DNA from: Elusimicrobiota bacterium
Lineage (GTDB): Bacteria > Elusimicrobiota > Elusimicrobia > 2-02-FULL-39-32
Direction: 5' to 3'
Assembly: GCA_023249715.1 (NCBI GenBank)
Contig: JAHFCA010000001.1
Location: 1 to 35,148 of the forward strand
Length of the DNA: 35,148 bases
Part shown: piece by piece, positions 27,998 through 35,148 of the stretch
Position numbering within the stretch: the stretch's first letter is position 1
Layout of the letters: every line of letters begins with the position of its first letter
The notes under the pieces: generated by a model
What the model saw: only the letters and a program-made list of their open reading frames with translations
What the model was told of the DNA's origin: nothing
The model's database searches: none
Made by a program: the position numbers and the translations under genes

Positions 27998-30205
27998 GTG
28001 GCAAATCGTACCCATTCCATAACACGCAAATCTAAAAAAGGAAAAAAACTTATTTGGGGAGCTTTTACGCTTATGGCGCTCTCCTTGTTTTTTATATTTG
28101 TATTGATATTTCCTGGAGTCTCCGGGAAGTTTGGCCATTGGAACCACGATCTATTGCTCCGTTTTTTCGGGTGGGCCTCGGTATTATTCCCTCTCTGGTT
28201 GGGTCATTTAGGGCTTTCCCGTTTATTCCAGCCAAAGAGAGTAGAACAATGGAAAGGGTCCGTATATTATCTTTCCTTACTTATTTTTACTTCCTGTATC
28301 TTAGCTTTTTTTCCATTGGGAAGCGGTCCCTCTGGGTTGGGGGGATTCCTGGGTCACTGGGTGTACCAATTCTTTGTCCAACAATTTGGCGCTCCTTTAA
28401 CTTTTATTATTTCTCTGAGCGTTTCACTCCTGTCTATGCTGTTACTATTAAAATTATCTCCTCTAGAAATAGCGCATGCTTTAAAAGACAAGATTTATTT
28501 TGATCTTTTGGAGTGGAAAGAAGAGAGAAAAAAGATAAACGAAAAGAAAATTCTGATTAAGAAATTAGATGAAAAATCTCCTCAAGAACGGAAAGAGTTC
28601 ATAAAATTAGAACCCTCAAAATTAAGCGACGGAAACGGTTCCCCCGTTAAAATTTATTATCCGGTTAAAAAAGAAGCTCCCCTGCTACCCAAAAAAACAG
28701 AGGGAGTGGCGCCAGCGCCCAAAGAAGGGAATGAAGTTCATTCCGACCCTTATCTAAATTATAGAATTCCAGAATCGGATCTGTTGAGCTCTTCCACGGA
28801 AAATTATGAGATTAATCAGGAAGAGCTGATCCAGAATGGCACGCTACTAGAAAAAACTTTAGAACAATTTGACGTGAATGCGAAGGTCATTGATATTCAC
28901 CCGGGTCCTGTGATTACTCGCTATGACATAACACCGGCTCCGGGGACGAGAGTTCAATCGATTGAGACTTTGGCGAACGACATCGCCTTGGCGATGAGGG
29001 CTCGCTCTCTGAGGGTATTGGCGCCTGTTCCCGGGAAAGCGGCGGTAGGAATAGAAATTTCAAACGCCAAGCCGGTTTCCGTCTATCTTAAAGAAATTGT
29101 GTCTTCTCCCATATTTCAAAATAGTTCTTATTCTATTCCTTTTGGCATGGGCAAAACCACAGAGGGAGAAGTGTATGCAACCGACTTATGCGCGACTCCT
29201 CATCTTTTAATTGCGGGAGCGACAGGGTCCGGTAAATCTGTTTCTATTCATGTATTAATTATGTCCATCCTCTATCGCTTTAAACCCGACCAAATTAAAC
29301 TTATGTTGATAGACCCTAAGAGATTGGAACTTTCCCTTTATGATGGAATTCCACATCTCTACGATCCTTCCTGCGACCCCGCTGATGTGAAAGTGATAAC
29401 ATCGTCTAAAGACGCGGTGCTCTCTTTGAAAAAATTAGTGCAGGTAATGGAAGAGCGGTATAAAAAGTTTGCTCAGTATGGAGTGCGCAATATAGACGGA
29501 TACAATGAAAAGGCGGTAAAAGAGACATTTCCGAAAGTACCCTATATTTTGGTGATTATTGATGAATTGGCTGATTTGATGGTGACCGTAGGCAAAGAAA
29601 TTGAAGATCTCATACAGAGATTGGCTCAAATGGCGCGAGCCGTTGGAATTCATTTGGCGTTAGCGACGCAACGGCCTTCTGTGGACGTGATAACAGGAGT
29701 GATTAAAGCGAATTTACCTTCTAGAATTGCCTTCCAAGTACTCTCTAAAATGGATTCTCGTGTTATTTTAGATACCCAAGGAGCTGAGAATTTATTGGGG
29801 AAAGGAGATATGCTTTATTTAGCAGCAGGAGCGGCCAAACCTATTCGATTGCAAGGGGCGTTTATTGCGGAAGGGGATGTCCACCGGGTCGTCGATTTTA
29901 TTCGGGTGCAAAATTGTCCTCCCTCTTATGAAATATTGATGCAAGAGAGCGAAGACAATTCTGTTCTTGAGAGCGAAGATAATAAAAGATTGTTGATTCG
30001 CGCCGCTAAGGTGATTCGCGATACGGAAAAAGTTTCGGGAGATCTCCTGAGAGCCGATAGAGAAATTGGTTCTCGTTATGACTGGGCATTGACGTTGCTT
30101 AAGAAAAAAGGACTCATTGAAAAACCCCAGGATACCAACCGCTGGAAAATTTATTTTGACCGTCTTGGCGAGTTTCTTGCTGCAGTAGAAAGCAAGGAAG
30201 AATGA
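27998..30205 (+). CDS. ftsK: DNA translocase FtsK/SpoIIIE
   Basis: N-terminal TM helices, a K/E/P-rich linker, and a motor domain with Walker A (GATGSGKS), Walker B (ILVIIDELADL) and ATQRPS. The C-terminal winged-helix-like gamma region is divergent. GTG start. Confidence 0.9.
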   Translation: MANRTHSITRKSKKGKKLIWGAFTLMALSLFFIFVLIFPGVSGKFGHWNHDLLLRFFGWASVLFPLWLGHLGLSRLFQPKRVEQWKGSVYYLSLLIFTSCILAFFPLGSGPSGLGGFLGHWVYQFFVQQFGAPLTFIISLSVSLLSMLLLLKLSPLEIAHALKDKIYFDLLEWKEERKKINEKKILIKKLDEKSPQERKEFIKLEPSKLSDGNGSPVKIYYPVKKEAPLLPKKTEGVAPAPKEGNEVHSDPYLNYRIPESDLLSSSTENYEINQEELIQNGTLLEKTLEQFDVNAKVIDIHPGPVITRYDITPAPGTRVQSIETLANDIALAMRARSLRVLAPVPGKAAVGIEISNAKPVSVYLKEIVSSPIFQNSSYSIPFGMGKTTEGEVYATDLCATPHLLIAGATGSGKSVSIHVLIMSILYRFKPDQIKLMLIDPKRLELSLYDGIPHLYDPSCDPADVKVITSSKDAVLSLKKLVQVMEERYKKFAQYGVRNIDGYNEKAVKETFPKVPYILVIIDELADLMVTVGKEIEDLIQRLAQMARAVGIHLALATQRPSVDVITGVIKANLPSRIAFQVLSKMDSRVILDTQGAENLLGKGDMLYLAAGAAKPIRLQGAFIAEGDVHRVVDFIRVQNCPPSYEILMQESEDNSVLESEDNKRLLIRAAKVIRDTEKVSGDLLRADREIGSRYDWALTLLKKKGLIEKPQDTNRWKIYFDRLGEFLAAVESKEE

Positions 30206-30885
30206 CCTCGATTCCCTTCTATAAACAACTAACCGCAACTCTGGTTTTGCTCTGTTTTGGATTTTTAGCTACGGCTGCTTCTATGACCGTTGAGGGGCTG
30301 AAGGCCGAAATGAAAAAGTCCTATCAGGCCTGTAAATCGATTCAATTTAATTATGCGCAATCTGTCCGATCGACCATGTCGAATGAAATAAGATCTAGCT
30401 CCGGCACGTTTTATTTTAAGAGTCCAAACCTGCTAAAGATTGAGCAAAAATCTCCTGAGCAACAATGGATTGTTTGCAATGGAAATAAGGTTACCGTCTA
30501 TACTCCCCGGTTTAAACAAGCCACTCGCTATTCGTGGGAGGCTTGGGCCGAAGGGAACTTTTTTCTTTTATGTTTAACCGGGTCCAAGGAATCACTGGAA
30601 AAATTGGAAAAAGGGTATCAATGGACGATTGAAAATAAAGAGGCTCCGGAAAGTTTTGAGTGTTTAGAAGTGCACTTGGAACCCGCACATGATAAAATAG
30701 AAAACGGTTCTCTGCGGTTGTGGGTGCATAGAGCGGATTTTTTTCTAAGAAAAATAGAATGGTGTGGAGAGAATGGTTTGAGTTTTACGACCGATTTAAA
30801 AGATTTAATTGTGAACCCGGAATTAAAAAAGTCTTTATTTAATTTTAAAGAAGAGCCCACGGTAGAAATATTTAATATCAAATAA
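30202..30885 (+). CDS. lolA: LolA-like outer-membrane lipoprotein carrier / lipoprotein-sorting fold protein
   Basis: 227 aa with a signal peptide and the LolA-like pattern (F.Y.Q......G.FYFKSPNLLKIE...PE.Q.IVCNGNKVTVYTPRFKQAT). ftsK-lolA adjacency as in E. coli. The ATG overlaps the ftsK stop (ATGA). Confidence 0.55.
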   Translation: MTSIPFYKQLTATLVLLCFGFLATAASMTVEGLKAEMKKSYQACKSIQFNYAQSVRSTMSNEIRSSSGTFYFKSPNLLKIEQKSPEQQWIVCNGNKVTVYTPRFKQATRYSWEAWAEGNFFLLCLTGSKESLEKLEKGYQWTIENKEAPESFECLEVHLEPAHDKIENGSLRLWVHRADFFLRKIEWCGENGLSFTTDLKDLIVNPELKKSLFNFKEEPTVEIFNIK

Positions 30886-30886
30886 T

Positions 30887-31660
30887 ATGGCAGAACTTTT
30901 TAATGTAAAAGTGCAAGATCTATTAAAACAGGAAAGAGAAAAAAAGAAAATTTCTCTGGATGAAATTCATCAAAAAACAAAAATTTCTATTGCCTGTTTA
31001 AAGTGGATAGAACAAGGGGAGTGGCAACAATTCCCGGCTTCCGTCTATGGGGTGGGGTTTTTAAGAAAATACGCTCAATGTGTGGGATTGTCGGGAGATG
31101 AAGTTGTCTCTTTATATGAAAGTGAAGTGGCGAACTTAAAAAAAATGTCCGCAAAAAATCAAACAGAAGAGAAGAAGGCGCATGCGAAATTTCGCAATAG
31201 TGACCCGCAGGGGTTAGTTATTTTAATTCTATTATTCGTTTTAGGATTTATTCTATTTATACTCATTAGAGACAATTTAATTAAAAAGGGAAAATCAAAG
31301 GGTGCGGTGGAACAGAAGAATCAAACAGAAGATTCGCGGGTAAATAGATTCTCGGAGCTGATTTTAGCCGCAAAAGCGGAGGGGAGTGTGTGGCTGAGAG
31401 TGGTTGGAGATGGGAAGCAACTCTTTCAAGGATTTTTGAGCCAGGGCATGGAAAACCAATGGAAAGCCAAAAATGATTTTGTTATTCGCATTGGAAATGT
31501 GCCCGCGATTACCGTAACCCTAAACGGAAAAGAAATTCCAATAAAAGCAGGCGCGGTAAAGGGAGTGAATGAGCTGAAGATTGATTCTAAATTTCTAAAG
31601 GATGGATCTCTTTCTCCAATAAAATATATTTTAAATAAAGATAAGGGGAACGGCGGATGA
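30887..31660 (+). CDS. rodZ: RodZ-like cytoskeleton-associated protein (HTH + TM + DUF4115)
   Basis: N-terminal XRE-type HTH (ISLDEIHQKTKISIACLKWIE), a single TM (LVILILLFVLGFILFILI) and a C-terminal DUF4115-like beta domain (VWLRVVGDGK...ITVTLNGKEI). The position upstream of pgsA...recA is as for B. subtilis ymfM. Confidence 0.6.
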   Translation: MAELFNVKVQDLLKQEREKKKISLDEIHQKTKISIACLKWIEQGEWQQFPASVYGVGFLRKYAQCVGLSGDEVVSLYESEVANLKKMSAKNQTEEKKAHAKFRNSDPQGLVILILLFVLGFILFILIRDNLIKKGKSKGAVEQKNQTEDSRVNRFSELILAAKAEGSVWLRVVGDGKQLFQGFLSQGMENQWKAKNDFVIRIGNVPAITVTLNGKEIPIKAGAVKGVNELKIDSKFLKDGSLSPIKYILNKDKGNGG

Positions 31661-32292
31661 ATTTACCTAACAAATTATCTCTCATGCGGGTTTTGCTGGT
31701 TCCTATTTTTATGGTGTTTACCATTATTGACAATGTTTGGACCCGGCTTTTTGCTCTGATTATTTTTATTGCGGCGGCGTTGACGGATATTTATGACGGC
31801 TATGTGGCCAGAAAATGGGGGCTGATTACGACTTTTGGGAAATTTATAGACCCCTTAGCCGACAAATTTTTGATATCGGCCGCTCTCATTTGTTTTGTGG
31901 ATTTAAAAGAGATTCATGTTCCCGCATGGATGGTAGTCTTAATTATTGGAAGAGAATTCTTAATTACAGGGTTAAGACTGGTGGGGGCTTCTAAGGGAGT
32001 GATTATTCCGGCGGATAAATCGGGTAAATTTAAGACGACGTCTCAGATTATTTCCATTATTATGATTCTTATTATTCTTTGCGTTAATTCTTTGTTAAAC
32101 CATTTTTATGGGGTGGAGGCCCCGGACCTTTTAAATTTGAGCGGCGGGTATTATTTTGGAGGTTGGATTTTAAACTGGCTCCCTTATTGGCTTATCTTTA
32201 TTACCACTCTTTTAACTTTAATCTCCGGGATAAACTATCTCTACAAAAACCGTTATCTCTTTTCTGAAGACTTAAAATCTAAAAATATTTAG
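31657..32292 (+). CDS. pgsA: CDP-diacylglycerol--glycerol-3-phosphate 3-phosphatidyltransferase
   Basis: CDP-alcohol phosphatidyltransferase motif DIYDGYVARKWGLITTFGKFIDPLADK (D.xxDGxxAR...G...D...D). Polytopic. The ATG overlaps the upstream stop (ATGA). Confidence 0.85.
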   Translation: MNLPNKLSLMRVLLVPIFMVFTIIDNVWTRLFALIIFIAAALTDIYDGYVARKWGLITTFGKFIDPLADKFLISAALICFVDLKEIHVPAWMVVLIIGREFLITGLRLVGASKGVIIPADKSGKFKTTSQIISIIMILIILCVNSLLNHFYGVEAPDLLNLSGGYYFGGWILNWLPYWLIFITTLLTLISGINYLYKNRYLFSEDLKSKNI

Positions 32293-32306
32293 GCCGATTT
32301 ATTCTT

Positions 32307-32822
32307 ATGGGTTCTTTTTTAAATTTTAGCGCTCTTGTTTTAGCTACAGGGTTTGGGGCAGGGTTTTTGAATTTAAGAACTCTATTTAAAAAGCTGCCGA
32401 TTCCTTCTCGCTGGACTGGGGCGGGTTTGTGGGGAACGCTGCTGGGAGCCGGATTCGTTCTTTTGGGGTTTCCTCTGCATGGCCCTAAAGCGGGGATGGC
32501 TCTTGGCTTGACCACCTTGCTCGCTTACTTTAGCGCCGACCGCGCGGAAAAAATATTTAAGATTAAGGACGACTCTAGAATTATTTGCGACGAGATCATT
32601 GGTTTTATTTATTGCGTTTGTTTTTTGCCTCCCGTTATAGATCGTAGAACCTGGGGCTGGGTTTTAATCGCGGCTATCCTATTATTCCGGCTATTGGATG
32701 TTTGTAAATGGCCTTTTAAAAATATTCAAAATATTGAGGGCGGATGGGGAATTCTTCTTGACGATCTGTTCGCCGGCCTAGGGGTGAACCTCCTGCTTCA
32801 AATAGTTTTACGAATACACTAG
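32307..32822 (+). CDS. pgpA: phosphatidylglycerophosphatase A
   Basis: Aligns with E. coli PgpA motifs: GFGAGF (GFGSGL), DDSRIICDEIIGF (HDHGSIVWDEFIGM) and FRLLDVCKWPF...GGWGILLDDLFAG (FRILDMWKPWP...GGMGIMIDDIVAG). The TAG stop at 32820-32822 is the first 3 nt of the palindrome. Confidence 0.85.
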   Translation: MGSFLNFSALVLATGFGAGFLNLRTLFKKLPIPSRWTGAGLWGTLLGAGFVLLGFPLHGPKAGMALGLTTLLAYFSADRAEKIFKIKDDSRIICDEIIGFIYCVCFLPPVIDRRTWGWVLIAAILLFRLLDVCKWPFKNIQNIEGGWGILLDDLFAGLGVNLLLQIVLRIH

Positions 32823-32982
32823 TTTATGCTGATAAAGTCATTCCTACTGCGGTTTTGGCTTTTGGTTTTTCTCTTCGCAAATTTTTTTTACCATACCTAG
32901 TCAGTATGGTAAAAAAATTTTGCTTCGATAAAAATCCAAAATCCAAAACCTCGCTACGGAAGCACTTTATCAGCATAAACTA
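32820..32982. repeat. 163-nt imperfect palindrome / long hairpin (candidate MITE or structured RNA)
   Basis: 19-bp perfect terminal inverted repeat: TAGTTTATGCTGATAAAGT (32820-32838) against ACTTTATCAGCATAAACTA (32964-32982). By hand alignment about 67 base pairs are possible between the arms 32820-32896 and 32904-32982. 7-nt loop CTAGTCA (32897-32903). TTTTGG/CCAAAA tandem motifs in both arms. Confidence 0.8.
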
Positions 32983-34342
32983 CCTAAAAAAATCCTTCTT
33001 ATTCCTTTTGCTTATACTCTGTTCAGGGTGCGCGCGCAATCCTATAACAGGAAAAAGAGAATTCCATATGATTTCAGAGTCCGCGGAGGTCCAGTTGGGG
33101 CAATCGGCAAAAAAAGAGATCATTAAAGAATATGGAATTTATGTTGACCCAGTGGTGCAAGCATATGTGCGGGAAATAGGACAAAAAATTGTATCGGTGT
33201 GTGAACGTAAAAATATCACTTATGAATTTGTGGTCTTAGATACGGAGCTTGTAAACGCCTTTGCTGTGCCGGGAGTTGTTTTTATAACCCGAGGAATTTT
33301 ACAACTCATTGATGATGAAGCGGAGCTGGCTTGTGTGTTGGGCCATGAAGTAGGGCATATTACGGGGTTCCATACGGTTAAAATGCTGCAAAAGGCGTAT
33401 GGGTATCAATTTCTTTCCACACTTTCTACGGTAGCCATCGCTTTATATGGCCCTTCTGTGGACGACCCTCGAGCCTACGCGGTGCTGAACCAAGCAACGC
33501 AGCTTATTTCCACCGGGTTTTTAAGAGGATTTGGGAGAGAGTTTGAGCTCGAAGCGGACCGATCCGGATTGCGTTACGCGGTATTGGCAGGGTATGACCC
33601 GGATGCGATGACCTCTTTTTTTAAAAGGATGGGTTCTTTGGGAGAAGAAGAAGTTTCCGGGATTGGAATTTTTTTAAGAACGCACCCCCCTACGAACGAA
33701 CGCATAAAAGAGATAAAGAAAATTTTGGAAGCGAAATATTCCGCACTCCCTTCTACCGGAACTGTGGAGGACCGATTTGAACGATATCAAGAAATTATGA
33801 AAGAGTTGCCCGCTTTGCCCAGCGGGAAAGAAGGCGTGATTAAAGATAAAGAATATTTTAATCCTAAATTTCGGGTGCGCTTGGAGGTCCCCCGCGGATG
33901 GAAATTAGAATCTATTTTAGATGAGCAAACTTTAGTTCAGTTTTATTCTGAAGATCACAAAGCTCAAGGAGAGTTAAAAACATTAAAAGTAGGGTTAGGT
34001 CCGGTGCTGCAAAAAATAGAAGAGCCTCATTTTGCGGGAGTAAGCCAGTCTACCGCTCCTTTAAGCGCCAAGGAGTGGGCCATAAATTTAGAGCCTTCCT
34101 TGAGAATGGAAAAACGGAGCGGTAGGGAGGTTCTGTATCCGGTAGGTCCTTCTTACATTGGAACTTATATGGGGCAGAACCGTTTGGGGCGCCCGACATT
34201 TTTTAAGATTCTTTATTGGATAAAAGGGGGAAACAGCGACGGTGAGCAAGCGTTTATCATTAGTTGTTGGGCGCCGGCGAATTCTTATTTTGAATATCTG
34301 GTGGACTTTGAAAAGATCCTGAAGAGTTTCTCTATTTATTAG
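32855..34342 (+). CDS. M48-family zinc metallopeptidase, probable lipoprotein, with an uncharacterised C-terminal domain
   Basis: HEVGHI (HExxH) plus the downstream ELEADRSGL.YAVLAGYDP and THPPTNERI motifs typical of M48 (BepA/LoiP-like). Signal/lipobox-like KKSFLFLLLILCSGC. The start is uncertain: TTG 32855 and ATG 32906 both lie inside the palindrome and lack an SD. Confidence 0.8.
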   Translation: MAFGFSLRKFFLPYLVSMVKKFCFDKNPKSKTSLRKHFISINYLKKSFLFLLLILCSGCARNPITGKREFHMISESAEVQLGQSAKKEIIKEYGIYVDPVVQAYVREIGQKIVSVCERKNITYEFVVLDTELVNAFAVPGVVFITRGILQLIDDEAELACVLGHEVGHITGFHTVKMLQKAYGYQFLSTLSTVAIALYGPSVDDPRAYAVLNQATQLISTGFLRGFGREFELEADRSGLRYAVLAGYDPDAMTSFFKRMGSLGEEEVSGIGIFLRTHPPTNERIKEIKKILEAKYSALPSTGTVEDRFERYQEIMKELPALPSGKEGVIKDKEYFNPKFRVRLEVPRGWKLESILDEQTLVQFYSEDHKAQGELKTLKVGLGPVLQKIEEPHFAGVSQSTAPLSAKEWAINLEPSLRMEKRSGREVLYPVGPSYIGTYMGQNRLGRPTFFKILYWIKGGNSDGEQAFIISCWAPANSYFEYLVDFEKILKSFSIY

Positions 34343-34389
34343 ATGTCGCTGATGACCCTGCGCCCTTGAGTTTTCCCTCAGAGATTTTG

Positions 34390-34418
34390 GTTGCAATAGG
34401 GGGGTCTAAGTACTAGAA
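34390..34418 (+). promoter_or_regulatory. candidate sigma70-type promoter for recA
   Basis: TTGCAA (34390-34395), 17-nt spacer, TAGAAT (34413-34418). SD AGGAGG (34441-34446) lies 7 nt before the ATG at 34454. Confidence 0.45.
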
Positions 34419-34453
34419 TAAAATAACTTAATAAAGTATGAGGAGGTAGGGGA

Positions 34454-35148
34454 ATGAATAAAGATGATAAATCGAAGGCTCTGGAGCTGGCGCTTTCGCA
34501 AATTAAAAAAGATTTTGGACAAGAATCGTTGATTCGGTTAGGGGAAAAAAGTTCTAAAGTATCGGGCGTGGGAGTGATTCCGACGGGAATTCTTCCCTTA
34601 GATATCGCGATTGGCATTGGCGGAGTTCCGCGGGGGAGAGTTGTGGAAATTTATGGGCCGGAATCTTCCGGAAAAACATCCCTTTGTTTATCCATTGTTG
34701 CTCAAGCTCAAAAGTTGGGCGGAGTGGCTGCCTATATAGACGCTGAGCATGCGATGGACCCAACCTACGCGAAAAAACTGGGGGTGGATATTGAAAATTT
34801 GTTAATTTCCCAGCCGGATTCCGGAGAGCAGGCTTTTGAAATTACTGAAAAACTTATTCGTTCCGGCGCGCTTGATGTTATTGTGATCGATTCTGTGGCC
34901 GCCCTGGTGCCGCAGGCGGAAATAGCCGGAGAAATGGGAGATGCCCACATGGGATTGCAGGCGCGGCTCATGTCGCAGGCGCTCCGAAAGTTGACCTCCA
35001 CCATATCTAAGTCGAACACCTGCTTAATTTTTATTAATCAGTTGCGGCAAAAAGTGGGAGTGTTTTATGGCAATCCGGAAACCACGACCGGCGGGTTGGC
35101 CCTTAAATTCTATTCCAGCGTGCGCTTGGACATTCGCCAGAAAGAAAA
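34454..35148 (+). CDS. recA: recombinase RecA, N-terminal ~231 codons (3' end outside window)
   Basis: My translation: [31 protein letters not shown]...[31 protein letters not shown] (Walker A)...[37 protein letters not shown]...[33 protein letters not shown]. Absent from the ORF track because there is no stop in the window. Confidence 0.95.
   Translation, partial: MNKDDKSKALELALSQIKKDFGQESLIRLGEKSSKVSGVGVIPTGILPLDIAIGIGGVPRGRVVEIYGPESSGKTSLCLSIVAQAQKLGGVAAYIDAEHAMDPTYAKKLGVDIENLLISQPDSGEQAFEITEKLIRSGALDVIVIDSVAALVPQAEIAGEMGDAHMGLQARLMSQALRKLTSTISKSNTCLIFINQLRQKVGVFYGNPETTTGGLALKFYSSVRLDIRQKE

Noticed and set aside
34343-34453. Search for an SOS/LexA operator upstream of recA: CTGT-N8-ACAG, GAAC-N4-GTTC and GTTC-N7-GTTC types. 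Also noted TAAGT-N14-ACTTA and AGTACT overlapping the putative -10.
   Set aside because: No match to any LexA box family I know. The 5-bp inverted repeat is AT-rich and weak. No lexA gene is in the window to motivate a call.
34378-35019. Three minus-strand ORFs (34378-34617, 34554-34763, 34765-35019) listed in the track where no + strand ORF is listed.
   Set aside because: The + strand here encodes an unmistakable RecA (Walker A GPESSGKT and the rest). It is missing from the track only because it has no stop in the window, so the antisense ORFs are artefacts.
1-35148. Whole-window scan by eye for CRISPR-like direct repeats, tRNA/rRNA/tmRNA, riboswitch-sized leaders, IS elements, integrases, toxin-antitoxin pairs, restriction-modification or other defence genes, and in-frame stops or frameshifts suggesting pseudogenes or recoding.
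   Set aside because: None found. The non-coding gaps are too short (at most 118 nt, and the pgpA-M48 junction at 32820-32982 is already reported above), and every long ORF is intact and assignable to a housekeeping family.

Overview
This is a compact, AT-rich bacterial chromosomal core region (roughly 40% GC by eye, not computed). I count 37 protein genes, all on the + strand, with very short or overlapping junctions. In order they are:
- the 3' end of nuoD, then nuoH-I-J-K-L-M-N, with no nuoEFG between D and H
- a trans-polyprenyl diphosphate synthase coupled to nuoN
- tatA-tatC
- the widely conserved block rpsB-tsf-pyrH-frr-uppS-cdsA-dxr-rseP-(DUF218)-proS
- rimP-nusA-infB-rbfA-(DHH/DHHA1 phosphoesterase)-ribF-rpsO-pnp
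- accB
- ftsK and a lolA-like gene
- a rodZ-like gene, pgsA and pgpA
- an M48 metallopeptidase
- the 5' ~230 codons of recA, which run off the window

The order closely mirrors the Bacillus-type arrangement (rpsB...proS, rimP...pnp, rodZ-pgsA-...-recA). It occurs here in an organism with diderm markers (a LolA-like protein). I saw no rRNA, tRNA, CRISPR, transposase, integrase, toxin or defence genes.

I find no evidence for a novel multi-gene system; this is an ordinary housekeeping region. The one structure not explained by the gene calls is a 163-nt near-perfect palindrome at 32820-32982, between pgpA and the M48 peptidase gene. It looks like an ERIC/Correia-type MITE or a long structured RNA, and it overlaps the pgpA stop codon and the 5' end of the M48 ORF.

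Smaller points:
- an 11-subunit-type nuo layout
- a ProRS lacking the INS editing domain
- a 74-nt out-of-frame nusA/infB overlap
- a consensus promoter plus a weak terminator-like hairpin in the rimP-nusA leader
- a degenerate FtsK gamma domain

All family assignments come from motif recognition by eye; no database search was run.
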